From Nymphaea colorata (taxonomy: Eukaryota): DNA of 64,000 bases. The notes beneath the pieces are model-generated. The model searched no databases. It was not told the origin of the DNA and worked only from the letters and a program-made list of their open reading frames with translations. Positions within the stretch are counted from its first letter, which is position 1. Each line of letters starts with the position of its first letter. The stretch is from NCBI RefSeq assembly GCF_008831285.2, contig NC_045138.2, positions 2,604,001 through 2,668,000 of the forward strand. The letters are read 5' to 3'. Shown piece by piece: positions 38,801-51,937 of the stretch. A program made the position numbers and the translations under genes.

Positions 38801-41800
38801 GTGCATCACGCCCAGCGATGAGTTCCGAACCGGAGGCCCCGTCAAGCAGGACCTCACTTCTCACGTCGGTCCTACCACTCTTGCTGTGAGTGCTCTTTCT
38901 TTGCTCTCTTCGCGTCACTTGACGAGACTGTAGCATAGTGACGCATGTTCCCAGTTTTTATGCCGCCTTGGTTTCAGTATTTCATCACGATCTGTTTGCA
39001 TCCTGTTAATTATAGTTTGTGGACTTCTGCATATAAACATCTTTATGGTTGATCGTGGAGCTAGGGATTTACCAAAGGAACCATAAGCAGTTTAGTCGGT
39101 TGATAAGAATATGTATTTGATTGACATTACATCTTTCTTGTTTGTTTGTGGTATTTGCGAAGTGCTTTGTGAATGAGAGTAAAATACGGATTCGAAGTTT
39201 CGTTAGTAATGTCCTGTTGGCAAAATGAAAAAAGTAGGCAGGAAGAGAGCTACAGTTTGGAGCAGAGTTAACAAAAGCAGAAATGAAATTTTAAAAGGCG
39301 GAAGTGAGAGCCAAGTAAAAGCGCGAAGACTGAACCTGAAGCTAAAAGAGAAGGAATTTAAGACGCCATATTTTGACTAACAAAAATATATTAGTTAGAA
39401 ATTTAACCACGGAACAAGACCATAATGATCAGTCAAAGAAAAAAAAAAGATAAAAAAAAAAACCACATTTGCGACTTTCGCGCGCACACACACACACATA
39501 TATATATTGAAGAAAGTGAGTTCCCGCTGACATGAACCACACTGGCTTTTTATAAAGCTCACTTTGTGAAGAACCATGTTAGAACATCAACCATCTCAAA
39601 ATACCAATTAACATAATTGGTCTCAATTCAGCAAGGAAAGTGGACAACGGTCATAAACCAACGTATCACTTATTTATGGAAGTGCCTCACGCTCTCCTCC
39701 CTTCCTTAATACTCTCTTGATGTATAAGGTTATGACTGATTGTATTGACAAGATTATTATCAAAAAATCAAAAACGTTGGTTTTCTTGCTTGTGGATGTA
39801 GGCTGCAAAGCCGAACCACATAGAACTGGTGCAGCCTCTTTTCTCTCTATCATCTTCTTCTTGATTAAATCTCAGTCTGTCATGGTATCAGAGCGGTAAA
39901 AAGATCATGTGAGGCAAAATCTTCGAGCTTCAAACTGTGAATCATCATGGAACAAGAAAGGGAAACCAGGAATGACAACGGTGAAGCCACCATCATTCAA
40001 ACCAGCGATGAATCGATGCACAAGAGTGTCGTTCATGAACAAGGTAACGCAATCTCAAAATTACTCATATGTTGCTCGATGGTTTCAACTATTTGCCTTG
40101 GTCTAAGGCTGTTACCCGATTTCTTAGTTGAAAATCCAAGTTAGATTGTATTGATGGTAGTATCAAGAAACCTCACATTAATGATCCAAAATACAATGAA
40201 TGGAGGTCCACCAACGATACTGTAGCATCTTGGCTCATAAACTCTTGGCTCATAAACTCTATGGAGCCCAAGATCGCAGCTAGTTTCACCTTCTTAGAAA
40301 CTGCCGAAGAAGTTTGCCAAGGTGCCAAAGATCTTTACGGTGAGTATACAACCCGTATGTATCAACTAGCGCAAAAGAAGGGCAGCTTGAAAAAGGGCAC
40401 ATCATCCATTAGTGAGTACCTTGGTACTTTTAAAGCAATATGGGATGAAATAGATATTTATGCACCATTGACTACAGATCTTACTAAGGCCAAACGACAA
40501 CGAGAACAAGATCGTATCTTTGAAATTTTAACCGGACTGCCTAATGATTATGAGCAACTACGTAGTCAAATACTTATGGCTCACGAACTGCCTTCTCTAG
40601 CTTCCGTTTTCTCCTTGCTTATGCGTGAAGAGTCCAAGCATAAGGCTATGGGTGCGCTGGCTGATGGTGGTGAAGTGATACAAAATGAAGACAAAATGAC
40701 CTTTACAACAAGTAATAGTGCCCATGTCGCCAATAGTGAGAGGTCTTTTAAACACAAACGTGAGGACTTTATGTACTCATTGCAAGAGGAATGGTCATTC
40801 TCGAGATTCTTGTTGGTTCCTTCACAAAAACCAGACAAAGGGCAGAATTCAGCTTATAGAAGCATAGGTCACAGTCATGACAAAAGGGACAACAACTCCA
40901 ACCAAGCGACTCAGGCCATCTCCTCATCAGAAAACCAAATCACGTTGGACAAGCTTGCTGAAATGATAAAAGATCTTCAAGTTCAAAGGACAGCCGACAT
41001 CTCAATTACATTAGGCAACAAAGGTACAAGCAAAACAGGTACGACTCTTACTATGGCTAATAACATTGAGGGTAAAGACTTGCGATGGGTAGTTGACTCC
41101 GGGGCCACAGATCACATGGCCAATAAATCTTCTTTCTTAAGTTCATATGTTCATTCTAGAGATATTGGTCATGTTGCCGCTGCCAATGGTGTTCCTATAA
41201 CTGTGAAAGGGTTAGGCAACATAGATTTTTTTTGACAAAAGTTACACTAGCAAGGTGCTTGTTATGCCTACCAATCTTCTATCGGTTGTTAAAATCACTA
41301 AGGAGTTAAATTGCAATGTGGTATTTTCTGCTACTAATGTTATTTTTCAGGATCGGATGACTCAGAAGACGATTGGTGAAGGGCAATTCATCAATGGACT
41401 CTATCAAATAAGAACCATGAATAATGCACTGAACATAAATGATGTCAACAATGGAGATGTCTGGCATCAAAGAATGGGACATCCATCTTCTAGAATTTTA
41501 GATTATTTATTTCCTAATCTATGCTTGAATTGTAGAGAGTGTGAAATATGCAAGTTTGCTAGAATGATTAGGCCTAAATTTTCTTTATTTGATTCCATTA
41601 GCCTAAAACCATTTGATTTGATACACTCTGATGTTTGGGGCCCTGCGCTTATTGATTCTATGGATGGATTTCGCTACTATGTGCTGTTCATTGATGATTT
41701 TTCTAAGTCTACATGGGTCTATTTATGAAGAATAAGTTCAAAGTGCTCTCTCACTTGAAAACCTTTTATAAAATGATTGAAGCCCAATATGTATTGAAAA

Positions 41801-44800
41801 TTAAAGGTTTTAGATCTGACAATGGCACTGAGTATAAAAATCATGATTTCAAATCCTTTCTTGGTGAACATGGTATTAGACACGAGACATCTTGTGTAGA
41901 TACACTTCAACAAAATGGCATATCCGAAAGGAAAAACAGACATTTACTCGAAGTTGTTAGAAGTTTCCTATTTCAAATGAATGTACCAAAAAATTGTTGA
42001 AAATATGCCATTTCGACTGCATGCTATGTTATTAATAGGACTCCAAGCGAATCTTTGAACTACCTCAGTCCTATCAAGCGTCTCACAGGAACTCAACCTA
42101 AGCTTGATCATCTTAGGTTGTTTGGATGTGTTCCTTACATGTGGCAACACCCATCAAAAAGAGACAAGTTGAGTCCACCGTCTATTAAATACATTTTTGT
42201 GGGTTATGATTCGCAAAGCAAAGGGTACGTATGCTACAAGCCTGCCTTTAGAAAAAAAATCATTTCTTGAGATGTGCATTTCAATGAATCTCTCTCTTAC
42301 TTTAACGTCAATCATGATAGCCAAAATGAGGGGGAGTCTATTAGTTCTACTTTGCATGACTATGATGACTTGTTTATAACTGTGGCTGATGTACAGGGAA
42401 CTAATAATAAGACTCATGTCGAGAATGAGAGCCCCACAAATGATCATGAACTTGCAACAACTACTGAAGATGTAGAGAACAATCCGTCACTTCTCAGAAG
42501 ATCAGAAAGGATTAGGCGAGCTCATTCACGTCTAGTTGATTATGAAACCTATCCAATTAGCAAGTATGTGTCATACAATCAAATTTCCGACTATCATGCC
42601 AAGTTTATTAAAAATCTTGATAGCATTCAGGAGCCCAACTCATTTCAAGAGGCTCAAGATGATCCTAATTGGAGAAAAACTATGAACGAAGAGCTAGAAG
42701 CCCTAAGGCGAAACAAAACTTGGAAAGTTGTCATTCCTTCAAAGAGCACAAACATAGTGAGGTGCAAATGACATTATAAAGTAAAATACAAAGTGATGAC
42801 ACCTTGAAAAGATACAAGGCTCGTCTAGTGGCTAAAGAGTTCACGCAGACTAAAGGGTTGGATTATGAAGAAACATTCGTGCCTGTCGCAAAGATGAACA
42901 CATTGAGAATATTGTTCTCTATTGCTAGCAACTTGAATTGGAGCTTTCATGAACGAGATGTCAAAAACGCCTTTTTACAAGGGAAACTCAATGAAGAAAT
43001 TTATATGTTTTTACCTCCCAGTCATCCAGATGAAAGGAAAGGAAGAGTCTTCAAATTAAATAAAGTTATATATGGCTTGAAACAATCTCCTAGAGCTTGG
43101 TACATAAAGTAAGTCAGACATTGGAAAAAACATGATATCACAAATGTCACACAGACAATAGTTTGTTTGTCAAAAAGCATGGAGAGAACATCACCGTGGT
43201 ATTAATTTACATGGACGACATAGTGGTTGCTGGAAACGACGCTAAGGGTATTCAAATTCTGAAAGACTATTTGAAGAAAACCTTCGACATAATGGATTTG
43301 GGAAAACTCAAATACTTTCTTCGCATTGAAGTTGTTCAATCTCATAAATGTATCTTACTATGTCAAAGAAAGTATGCATTAGATATCTTAAAGGAGACTG
43401 GAAAATTAGATGTTCGACCGGCAGACACTCCTATTGAGTCAAACCTCAAAATTGGACCATGTGAATATGAATCAAAAGTTGAAAAAGAAAGGTTCCAACG
43501 GCTAGTGGGTAAGCTGATATATCTATCTGCCACTCAACCTGACATTTCTTATGCGGTGAATGTTATCAACATGTACATGCAGAGTCCAAGAGAGTCTCAC
43601 ATGAAAGCAGTTGATCACATCCTCAGATACGTGAAGGGTACTCCAGGGTAGGGACTCTGGTACAAAAGAAACAAAAACATTGACATTTTTTGTTTCACTG
43701 ATGTTGATTGGACAAGTGACACTAGTGACAGAAGATCTACTACTGGATATTGTGTGTTTGTTGGAAGAAATTTAGTAGCATGGAAAAGCAAGAAACAAAG
43801 AGTAGTGACTAAATCTAGTGCAACAGCAGAGTACCGTGCAATGGCATCGGGTGCTAGTGAACTCACATGGACTAAGAACCTAGTTGAAGAATTAGGTTTT
43901 AGTATTACCAAGCCTATGGACATGTTTTGTGACAACAAGACTGCAATACATATATCTACAAACCCTGTATTTCATGAGAAAACGGAACATATTGAGATCG
44001 ATTGTCATTACATTAGAGATAAAGTCATATCTCGAGAAATTAGAACTCCTTAGAGATAATTGGTCTCAATTCAGCAAAGAAAGTAGACAATGGTCATAAA
44101 CCAACTTATCACTTATTTATGAAAGTGCTCACGCTCTCCTCCCTTCCTGATTGTATTGACAAGATTATTATCAACAAATAAAAAACGTTGGTTTCTCTTG
44201 CTCGTGGATGTAACTCCAAAGCCAAATCACGTAAAACTGGTGCAGCCTCTTTTCTCTCTATCATCCTCTTCTTGAAATCTCAGTCTATCAAAGCGGAAAG
44301 AATAGTTCAAGCAAGCGAGCTCCCCCTGACCAACAGTAGGGGAGCCAGCGTGGGGCAAGCATGGGCGCCTGCCCATGCCAGCTCAAGGAAGCTCCACAGT
44401 GAAATGGAATCTTAGTTTGCCTCACGCCCATGTTGACGCAGTGTTGCCCACGCCAAAAATGGATCCGGTCCCAATCTGTGCATCTTGCACGCTCTTTCGT
44501 TTCGCTGCCGCAGCAGTTCTCCGCAGCTCCAACATCAGGCTATCAGCAAGTTTGCTTGGATCTTCTCCCCTGTGCAGCCGCACGACAGAGCTCTGGCAGC
44601 AGCAGGTCTGCTGACTCTGCTCCTCCCTTCTGCCTTCCCCCCTCCACCGCAGGTTGGCTCTTTTGCTTCTCAGTTCTACCCTCCACATCTTTCAGCCCTG
44701 CAGTGATTTTGGGCATTTAATGTCTATTTGTTTGATTTATTTTCTATTTTGTCTACATCTCGTTAGCCCTAAATCTCCTAATTCCCCTCAACTGAAATGT

Positions 44801-47800
44801 GCTCTCTATCTCTCTGAGGCGGATGATGCCAGAAGCAGAGTTTCTCTACTTGACTTGTTCTCTCTTGTTTGTGTGCTATTTAAATTCCATATTATTGGCG
44901 TTTTTTGTTTGTTGTTGCTTTCATTTTTGTTTTCTAAAATGAGATTGAAGTTGAACGCTACATGGTTTTTGTTGTTTTAGTTTTTGTTTTTACTTCTGTT
45001 CGTGTGGAGACCAAGGGATGAGCTTTAGCCTTACATGGTTTTTGTTGTTTTAGTTTTTGTTTTTACTTCTGTTCGTGTGGAGACCAAGGGATGAGCTTTA
45101 GCCTTTAGTCAAGCTGAGACCTTACACTTGATAAAGCAAGTGCAGCAGTTCGTCAGCAATATTAAAGCTGTAGAAGAAAATGCTTAATGAAGATTTCTTT
45201 TACTAATGAAGGATTACAAAGTTGGTTTGAAATAGCCTTCAAGATGATCAGGCAAAGAGACAAACGTTGGATGTATACCAGTGTGGGCAGAACGGGGAAG
45301 CTCAAATTTGTCCCTCTCATAATAGGCTTATCCTGAACATGAATCAAGCTTTAATTTTTTACAGCTCAAGCTTGGCATTACCGAGCATTATTGAAGAAGA
45401 AAGAAAAAATGATTTGATGAAGAAAATTTGATCCAATGTAACAGAAAGGTTGTCTATAATAGGCTTAGTCTTGATTCCTTGCAACAGAAAATTTGTATAT
45501 GATTTGATGAAGAAGAAAGAGATGTGAAAGTTACTTTCATATACTAGAGTGCTGAAATTAGATCCAATGTACTAGTTACCATGAAATTTAGTAGTTAAAA
45601 AAATGAAATTTTAAGTTTAAAGTAATAGAAAAGTTAGTTTTTTTTTGGAGGAAAGCTCTCAAGTCGTTGAAAATGCTTATCAACTTTTATGTATTTTAAA
45701 ATAACATATATTTTAGTTGGAGAATTTTTTCACTGAATTAGTGCCCCATAACAAAAAATTTCTGGCTCCGCCAGTGCTGCTGATCCTTGAAGCAATTTTG
45801 CTTCTCAGCAGGAAGTTCGCTTTCCCAATATTGGGAAACTCACTTCCTCTTCTACCGGAAGCGAGCTTCCTTTGTCGAGGAGGCGCTTCTTGCCGAGCTT
45901 CTGAAGCGCGTCGAATTTTGATTCCGAAGTGCGCTTCCAGTGACACTCACGAGTGAGCTTGATTGCACTTTATTCACGATAGGGGTTAGACAGACTAGCA
46001 ACATAAGTCCTTATTTTTTGTGGAACAGTGGATGGGCGTTAGTGCTCGGAGTCTTGGATCACAGGCACGAGTAAATGAAAAGATTGCGGGAAGCAATAAT
46101 TGAACTATAATATTAGCGTAGATGATGGTCTAGGGAAAGCGGTGTGAAGCGAGAAGCAAACCTAATTGGAGAAGCGAATAATAGAAAACGGAAGCAGGTA
46201 TCCTGGTAAATAATGCTTGGAGCCATTGAAAGGTTTTCTGTCAAATCAGGATTACCTGTCTATTTTGAACTTTTTTCGTTCCTTTCCTAGAAATTCTGCA
46301 ATAGGATGTCAAATCTCAGCATTAGTGGGAAAGGATTTAGCTGTGACTTGTAAGTGCACTCCGTGTAATTTGCATGCTTGATTTATGGTCTCCTCTGATT
46401 TTTCTCCCAAATCTAAGAGAATCCTTTCTCCGACAGATGTTCCTTAGTACTCACTATGCTGGGGATGATCTCGTCCCCAAGTTTCGAGATGGTGAACCTT
46501 GGAAGAAAGTTTTCGGGCCCGTGTTTATCTATCTTAATTCCGGGATGGTTGGATCAGATTCACTTCTTTGGCAGGACGCGAAGTCTCAGGTTTTATCTGA
46601 CGTTCATCTTCATATGATTATAGATGCAATTTGCTGGTTACACTTAGCAAATTTCAATTCAAAACAACTGTGAGAATTATGAAACAAAGCACCTGTTTGA
46701 TGTTTACAAAGTTTACAATATTCATTTTTCTTCTGTTTCATCTGTTCCAGATGATGCTTGAAGTACAAAGTTGGCCTTATGACTTTCCAGCCTCGGCGGA
46801 CTTCCCAACTTCTGATGAGCGAGGGTCTCTTAGTGGGAGACTAATGGTTAAAGACAGGCATGTTCTGTACATTTATTATCCCAGCGACACAAAATGCTTC
46901 TTCATGATACTACCTGGTTGGGTGGTTCCGGGCCAGCTATGATCAACCTTGTCATGTTATTAAGAGCTATTGGAATCTTTGATTCTTCGATGTTTTTGTT
47001 ATTGTTTTACCTTAGGTCGGCATCGTGTTCATTTCCTCACTGTGCCTTCTGATTATCATATTCAGGTATGTTTCTCTGGAAGCATTGTCTGCAGACACTG
47101 CTTATGTGGGTTTAGCTCCACCTGGAGAAGTTGGGTCCTGGCAAAGGGAATGCAAGGTGATCCAGGCATCTGTGCTAGTGCATTTTTGTGCAGTCTGAAA
47201 ACAATTACGTGGAGATTTTCTTGCATTCTCCTAAATGGCAATGCTTTATCTCTATGCCGTCACAACAGTTTGCCGCAGCAGCAGTTGGTTCATGGATGTG
47301 TTTATTCATTTTTTTTTTACTTTGTCCTTTACAGGGATATCAATTTTGGACTAAAGCTGATTCTGATGGTTTCTTCACCATCAGTCATGTTCGACGTGGA
47401 AGCTATAATCTTTATGCATGGGTTCCTGGATTCATTGGAGATTATAAATATGATTTAATTGTTAACATTTCTTCAGGTTGACTTTTTGCTCCTAGTTCAC
47501 AATGCTTCACATGCTCCATTTAAATGGGAACAACAAAATATAAAATTTTAGGAGGTTATTCTGTACTCAAATTTTGACACCTTGAAAATATCTTTGCTCT
47601 GAAATGGTTTTGTCAGCAGTTTTCCAATGTATGATGATAAAAATGATGATGGCCTCAGAATTTTGCTAATACTTGTAGCACTCAAAGAAAAAAGAATGGC
47701 ACTAAACTTGCACTTGATCTCCATGCTATTACTAAATTTTCAAGTTTTCAGGCTGCTGAATCTTGTATTTATGCACTTCTTTTTTAATGTAAATGAACTG

Positions 47801-48471
47801 AATTACTGCATGACCTGCTGCGTTTAATGCTTTTAGCTCACGATTAACGACACATTCAAGGTTATAGTCGATAATTCCTATAATTGGTTCTATTATGGAT
47901 CCAATTATTGTTGCAAAAAACATGCAGGGGGTCGTATTGATTTGGGTAATCTGGTATACGAGCCTCCAAGAAATGGTCCTACCCTGTGGGAGATAGGGAT
48001 TCCTGACCGCTCTGCTGCAGAGTTCTATGTTCCTGATCCCAACCCAAATTATGTCAACAAACTCTATGTTAACCATCCTGACAGGTAAGTCCATATTCTT
48101 CACTGTAATTCATTCTTTGATTCCATATCCAAGTCTTGTCCAGTATATAACTTCAACACGTGGAACCTTGATTGATATAACATGGTTATGCAACGGATGC
48201 CTCCATCGATCAAATGCCACCAGAATTCTTGCTCAAGCATCAGCGATGTTACAAAGATAGCTTGTTTATCTAGTCAAGTCGAAGTGTATCTGAAATATTG
48301 CTTTATAATCTTTCTTCTGCTTTTTGTTTGCTTTATATGGTCCATCTAATTGACAAGTAGTCACCAATGAATCGGTATGTCAATGGGCAGAGGTTTACTT
48401 CCATTCAACGCCTTTCTGTTCATGCCCACAGTCACGAGGATAGGGTTATTCTTGCCATGCATGTAGAATGG

Positions 48472-48518
<47 letters not shown>

Positions 48519-50352
48519 TTTCCTGCTTCGGATGCAGTGAGATGGAAATTTTAGTGATTAAATTTACTTTCAACAAGGAACTGTTTGGGAAGGATTTATC
48601 AGAATTCCAATTAGTTGGAAGTTTTATGCTAGAATTAACATTATAGCTTGATAACTCACTTACACTAGCAGGTTCAGGCAATATGGATTGTGGGAGAGGT
48701 ATGCAGACTTATTCCCTGCTGAGGATCTTGTCTACAAAATCGGTGCCAGTGACGATACTCGAGACTGGTTTTTTGCGCAAGTTACCAGGTGGGGATAATT
48801 TAGTTGGTCTTCCATACTCCAGATATGTGTGTACGTCATTCCATGTTCTAACTAAAAAATTTTGGAGATTCCTTTCGGTTTTTAAGGATAAATTGGTCTC
48901 TTAGCTCTACGTTCTTTTCTAGACAATAACCTTTTCTTTAATCCTTCATCTTTAGAATGTTGCACCTTTCAGTTTTAGAGAAGCATGCTTACCATTTCCC
49001 ATCTGCTTAGATGGGTCCTAACGTGATACAGTTGCTAACTTTACCACTGATACAATTACAAATACAATTCTTGTGCTTTTATCGGCAAGGTTTCTTTTGG
49101 TATCCTTCGGATTTTTTTTTCTTAAAGGAAAAAAACGATGAACTCAAAAAAGCAATAATATATAAAATAGATAAAATTTGGAGTTCTATACTAACTTCCT
49201 TATAAATTTGTTGATAAAGATTCGAAATAGCTTCTAAAATAAACAAAATTGGTACTGTAAACTAAAATAAGAAAGGTATTTTATAAACGGGGAAAATATC
49301 ATTATATTGTCACGAAATATACATTTTGGCGACATTTGAAAAAAAATACTCATGCTGTTTTGACAATAAAAACACGATATTTCCAAGATATTGCCCATAC
49401 TTGTTGTATATATATATATAATATATGTTTGCAAAGAGCGTGTGTGTGTGGATACTTTTTCTATGCGTCTGAGGCTCTGAGCATGTGCGGGAGAGTGTCT
49501 GGGAAATTAAATTGGTTCCCTGCAGTTAGCAGAAAGGTTTTTTCAGGACAATCTGGTCGCTTTGTGGCACTAAAAGAATGTCCTCTTATGTGCAAGGAAC
49601 ACTATGAGATCCATAAATTTGCCAAATCCATGAACCCCTTATGGTGTCCACGTGACATAGGCTGCAGTAAGAAGGCAGGGTGAGCAGGGATGGCTCTTAA
49701 TTTCAGGGATTACTTTAGAGTGGCTTTGCAAAAGAGAAGACCAAGTTGTAAGATATTTACCTAGACATGATTTTATATCTGGGACCATTTTGCCAAAAGA
49801 GCACTGCGCTTATCATTACAATGCAAGGAAGTCCTCTGTTCTACAATGTAAAGAACTAGTGAATTTTTTTATATGTAATTGCCATTTCAACATCATGCAG
49901 GCGCAAAAATAGCACATACCAGCCAACAACATGGCAGATAAAATTCAAACTTGATGCGGCAAGGCAAAATGGGACTTACAAGCTCCGGATTGCTCTTGCA
50001 TCTGCCACAGATTCTGACCTGCAGGCATACTTCCTGGCTCATGCACTTCAATTTCGTCAGTATCTTAAATGGATTGCTCTACTGACCTAGTTTTGCATTG
50101 GCAAAGGTTCGCTTCAATGATCCAAACGCAAACCCGCCTCATTTTTCAACTGGTAGGATTGGTACGGACAATACAATCGCCAGGCATGGGATTCATGGGC
50201 TATATTGGCTGTTCAACATTGACATTATCAATGCTTGGCTTCTGGAAGGTGAGAATACCATCTTCCTCACCCAGGCTATAAGTTCATGGCCTTTCCAAGG
50301 AATCCTTTATGATTATATTCGTCTGGAAGGGCCATCAGAAATTTCCTTCTAA
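32821..50352 (+). CDS. Rhamnogalacturonan lyase (polysaccharide lyase family 4), 16 exons: 32821-32944, 34760-34836, 35217-35338, 36470-36520, 37538-37657, 38042-38161, 38332-38473, 38715-38885, 46437-46589, 46751-46857, 47066-47156, 47335-47476, 47928-48084, 48672-48788, 49901-50024, 50107-50352
   Basis: Exons splice in frame giving VVIGNGIVQVTVSKPEG, YWDLYWN, LAYPEAVLL, VDDKYQYS, GGPVKQDLTSHVGPT, HYAGDD, GEPWKKVFGPVFIYLNS, WPYDFPAS, GYQFWT, YEPPRNGPTLWEIGIPDRSAAEF, RQYGLWERY, NTIARHGIHGLY, YDYIRLEGP. The first exon encodes a hydrophobic signal-like peptide and is the least certain. Confidence 0.92.
39577..44290 (+). mobile_element. Decayed Ty1/copia LTR retrotransposon in intron 8 of the RG lyase gene
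   Basis: 5' LTR ~39577-39882 followed by tRNA-Met PBS TGGTATCAGAGC (39883-39894). Domains in order: gag, protease WVVDSGATDHM, GAG-pre-integrase WHQRMGHPS, integrase HSDVWGP/RSDNGTEY/QNGISERKNRH, RT YKARLVAK/LKQSPRAW/YMDD, RNase H FCDNK..HIEIDCHYIR. 3' LTR ~44056-44290 is 5'-truncated and ends in CA. Many stops and frameshifts. Confidence 0.95.
44334..45776. mobile_element. Non-autonomous DNA transposon derivative (CAGTGGCGGAGCCAG-like TIRs), with an internal ~73-bp tandem duplication at ~44958-45103
   Basis: Left end CAGTAGGGGAGCCAG, right end CTGGCTCCGCCAGTG. No transposase ORF and no convincing TSD. Confidence 0.6.
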
Positions 50353-51119
50353 TTTAGAACTTCAAACTGTGACTGGAAATTTGGAACTTCTATTATTCTT
50401 ATAGTAATTATAATGGACTATGTCTTAGTGGGATCTTCCTTTCCTTTTCTACTTGTATGCGAGAGAGGAGAGTCACATTCCTAAGAGTACCATTCTTAGA
50501 AAGATTTTCAGAGGTATTCCTCATCCTTTTTTGCTTAGTTGCACCGTCTTCATTTTTTATTTTTTTTGGCTATGTTGTGTGGTGTGAGCTGCCCAGGAGC
50601 AAGTTGGTGTCATTCATAAATTTAAAGAACAGAGGAAATGAGCTAAGGAGAGATATAAGGGGTTCTATAACAAACTTCATTTCTGAATGAGCTTCTGGGT
50701 ATTGATCTGAAAATATGCACATATGTCATAGATTTCGTGACAAACTGATAACCACATAGATTTCATGCCTTCTAAGACCTGCTTACTAGCCCTTACCACC
50801 ATTCAAGTGAAGTTTCTTATGGATGGGAATCATGCAATGTCATTGACTTATTCCCCTCAGCATTACCGAAATTGAAATGATCTTTGATCCTCCTGCAACA
50901 TGCACCTAACTCTAATATAATCTTTTTCATTTTTCGTTTTTGGGTCATCAATATACGCTGATCACCCACTGTCTAATACTTCTGATCTATATATGAGCCC
51001 TAGTGTCATCATTTATATGGAAGGGAACTAGGGAAGGACACGGGGGTTAGGAGTGTGGCTATGAATAGAGAAGAATCTGCTGTTTACTGCTCTCTTTCAT
51101 CTTCCGTCAATGCTCCTTC

Positions 51120-51545
51120 AGTGATCCGTGATTTTGTGGTTCGTCCATTTTGATATGTGATAAAGACATGTAAGGATGCAATTCACCAGCTTGCATTGAA
51201 GATGCAAGCATTTTAAGTGCGGCTGGATTCTATTTCAGGAAATGCTAGAACAAAGCTTAAATATCACAGAATGCTATAATTGCTGGTTATACACATGATG
51301 GCTGTGCTGAAGCCACTTTACGTTTGTTCAGGGAAATGATATGTGCAAATGTATAACCAATTTACATTACATTGGCAAGTATTCTCTCATTTTTTGTACT
51401 CATGCTCCAAATCTCCAATGTGACGATGAGCTGCACTGTACCTGATAAAGAACAGATAGAAGGGCTAGTTGTTTTTTGTGGAAGTCTCTTGTGTACATGA
51501 ATAGCAAATCCGGAAGGATAAGCAATCACAGAGTTGTGGAATGTG
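51120..51545 (+). pseudogene. Decayed internal fragment of the PPR gene (paralogous to ~24390-24810)
   Basis: Shared blocks AATGCTATAATTGCTGGTTAT, CTGTGCTGAAG, GTTTGTTCAGG, AGTATTCTCTCA, CAAATCTCCAA, ACCTGATAAAGAACAG, GGAAGGATA appear in the same order, with stops and indels. Confidence 0.88.
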
Positions 51546-51937
51546 CTGTAATGTAAGAAATCTAACAGATGTACCTTCACGGGTAGCAATCTTTACAACG
51601 AATGATGCTAGAGAAAATAAAAATATACAGATCGGCACAGTAAGTTGATAGGTAAAATTTTGATATACTGAACACAGATAAACAACAGTGACACAGATTA
51701 AAGTAATTGATAACTGTTAAATTACACACTTTCGGTCTTCAATGGTAATAGCTTCTAAAAGTAATCCTATATTAGGGAAGAAAAAAAGGTACAGATTGGT
51801 ATAGTAAATTGATAGGTAAAAGTAGCCTCATGTATGATATTACTAAGCGAAGATAAGCAAATAGCTGTCAAATTACATATTTACAGTGTTCTAGGATGAG
51901 AAGGGAGCAACTGTTGTGCTGGCTTCCAATTGGTTTG

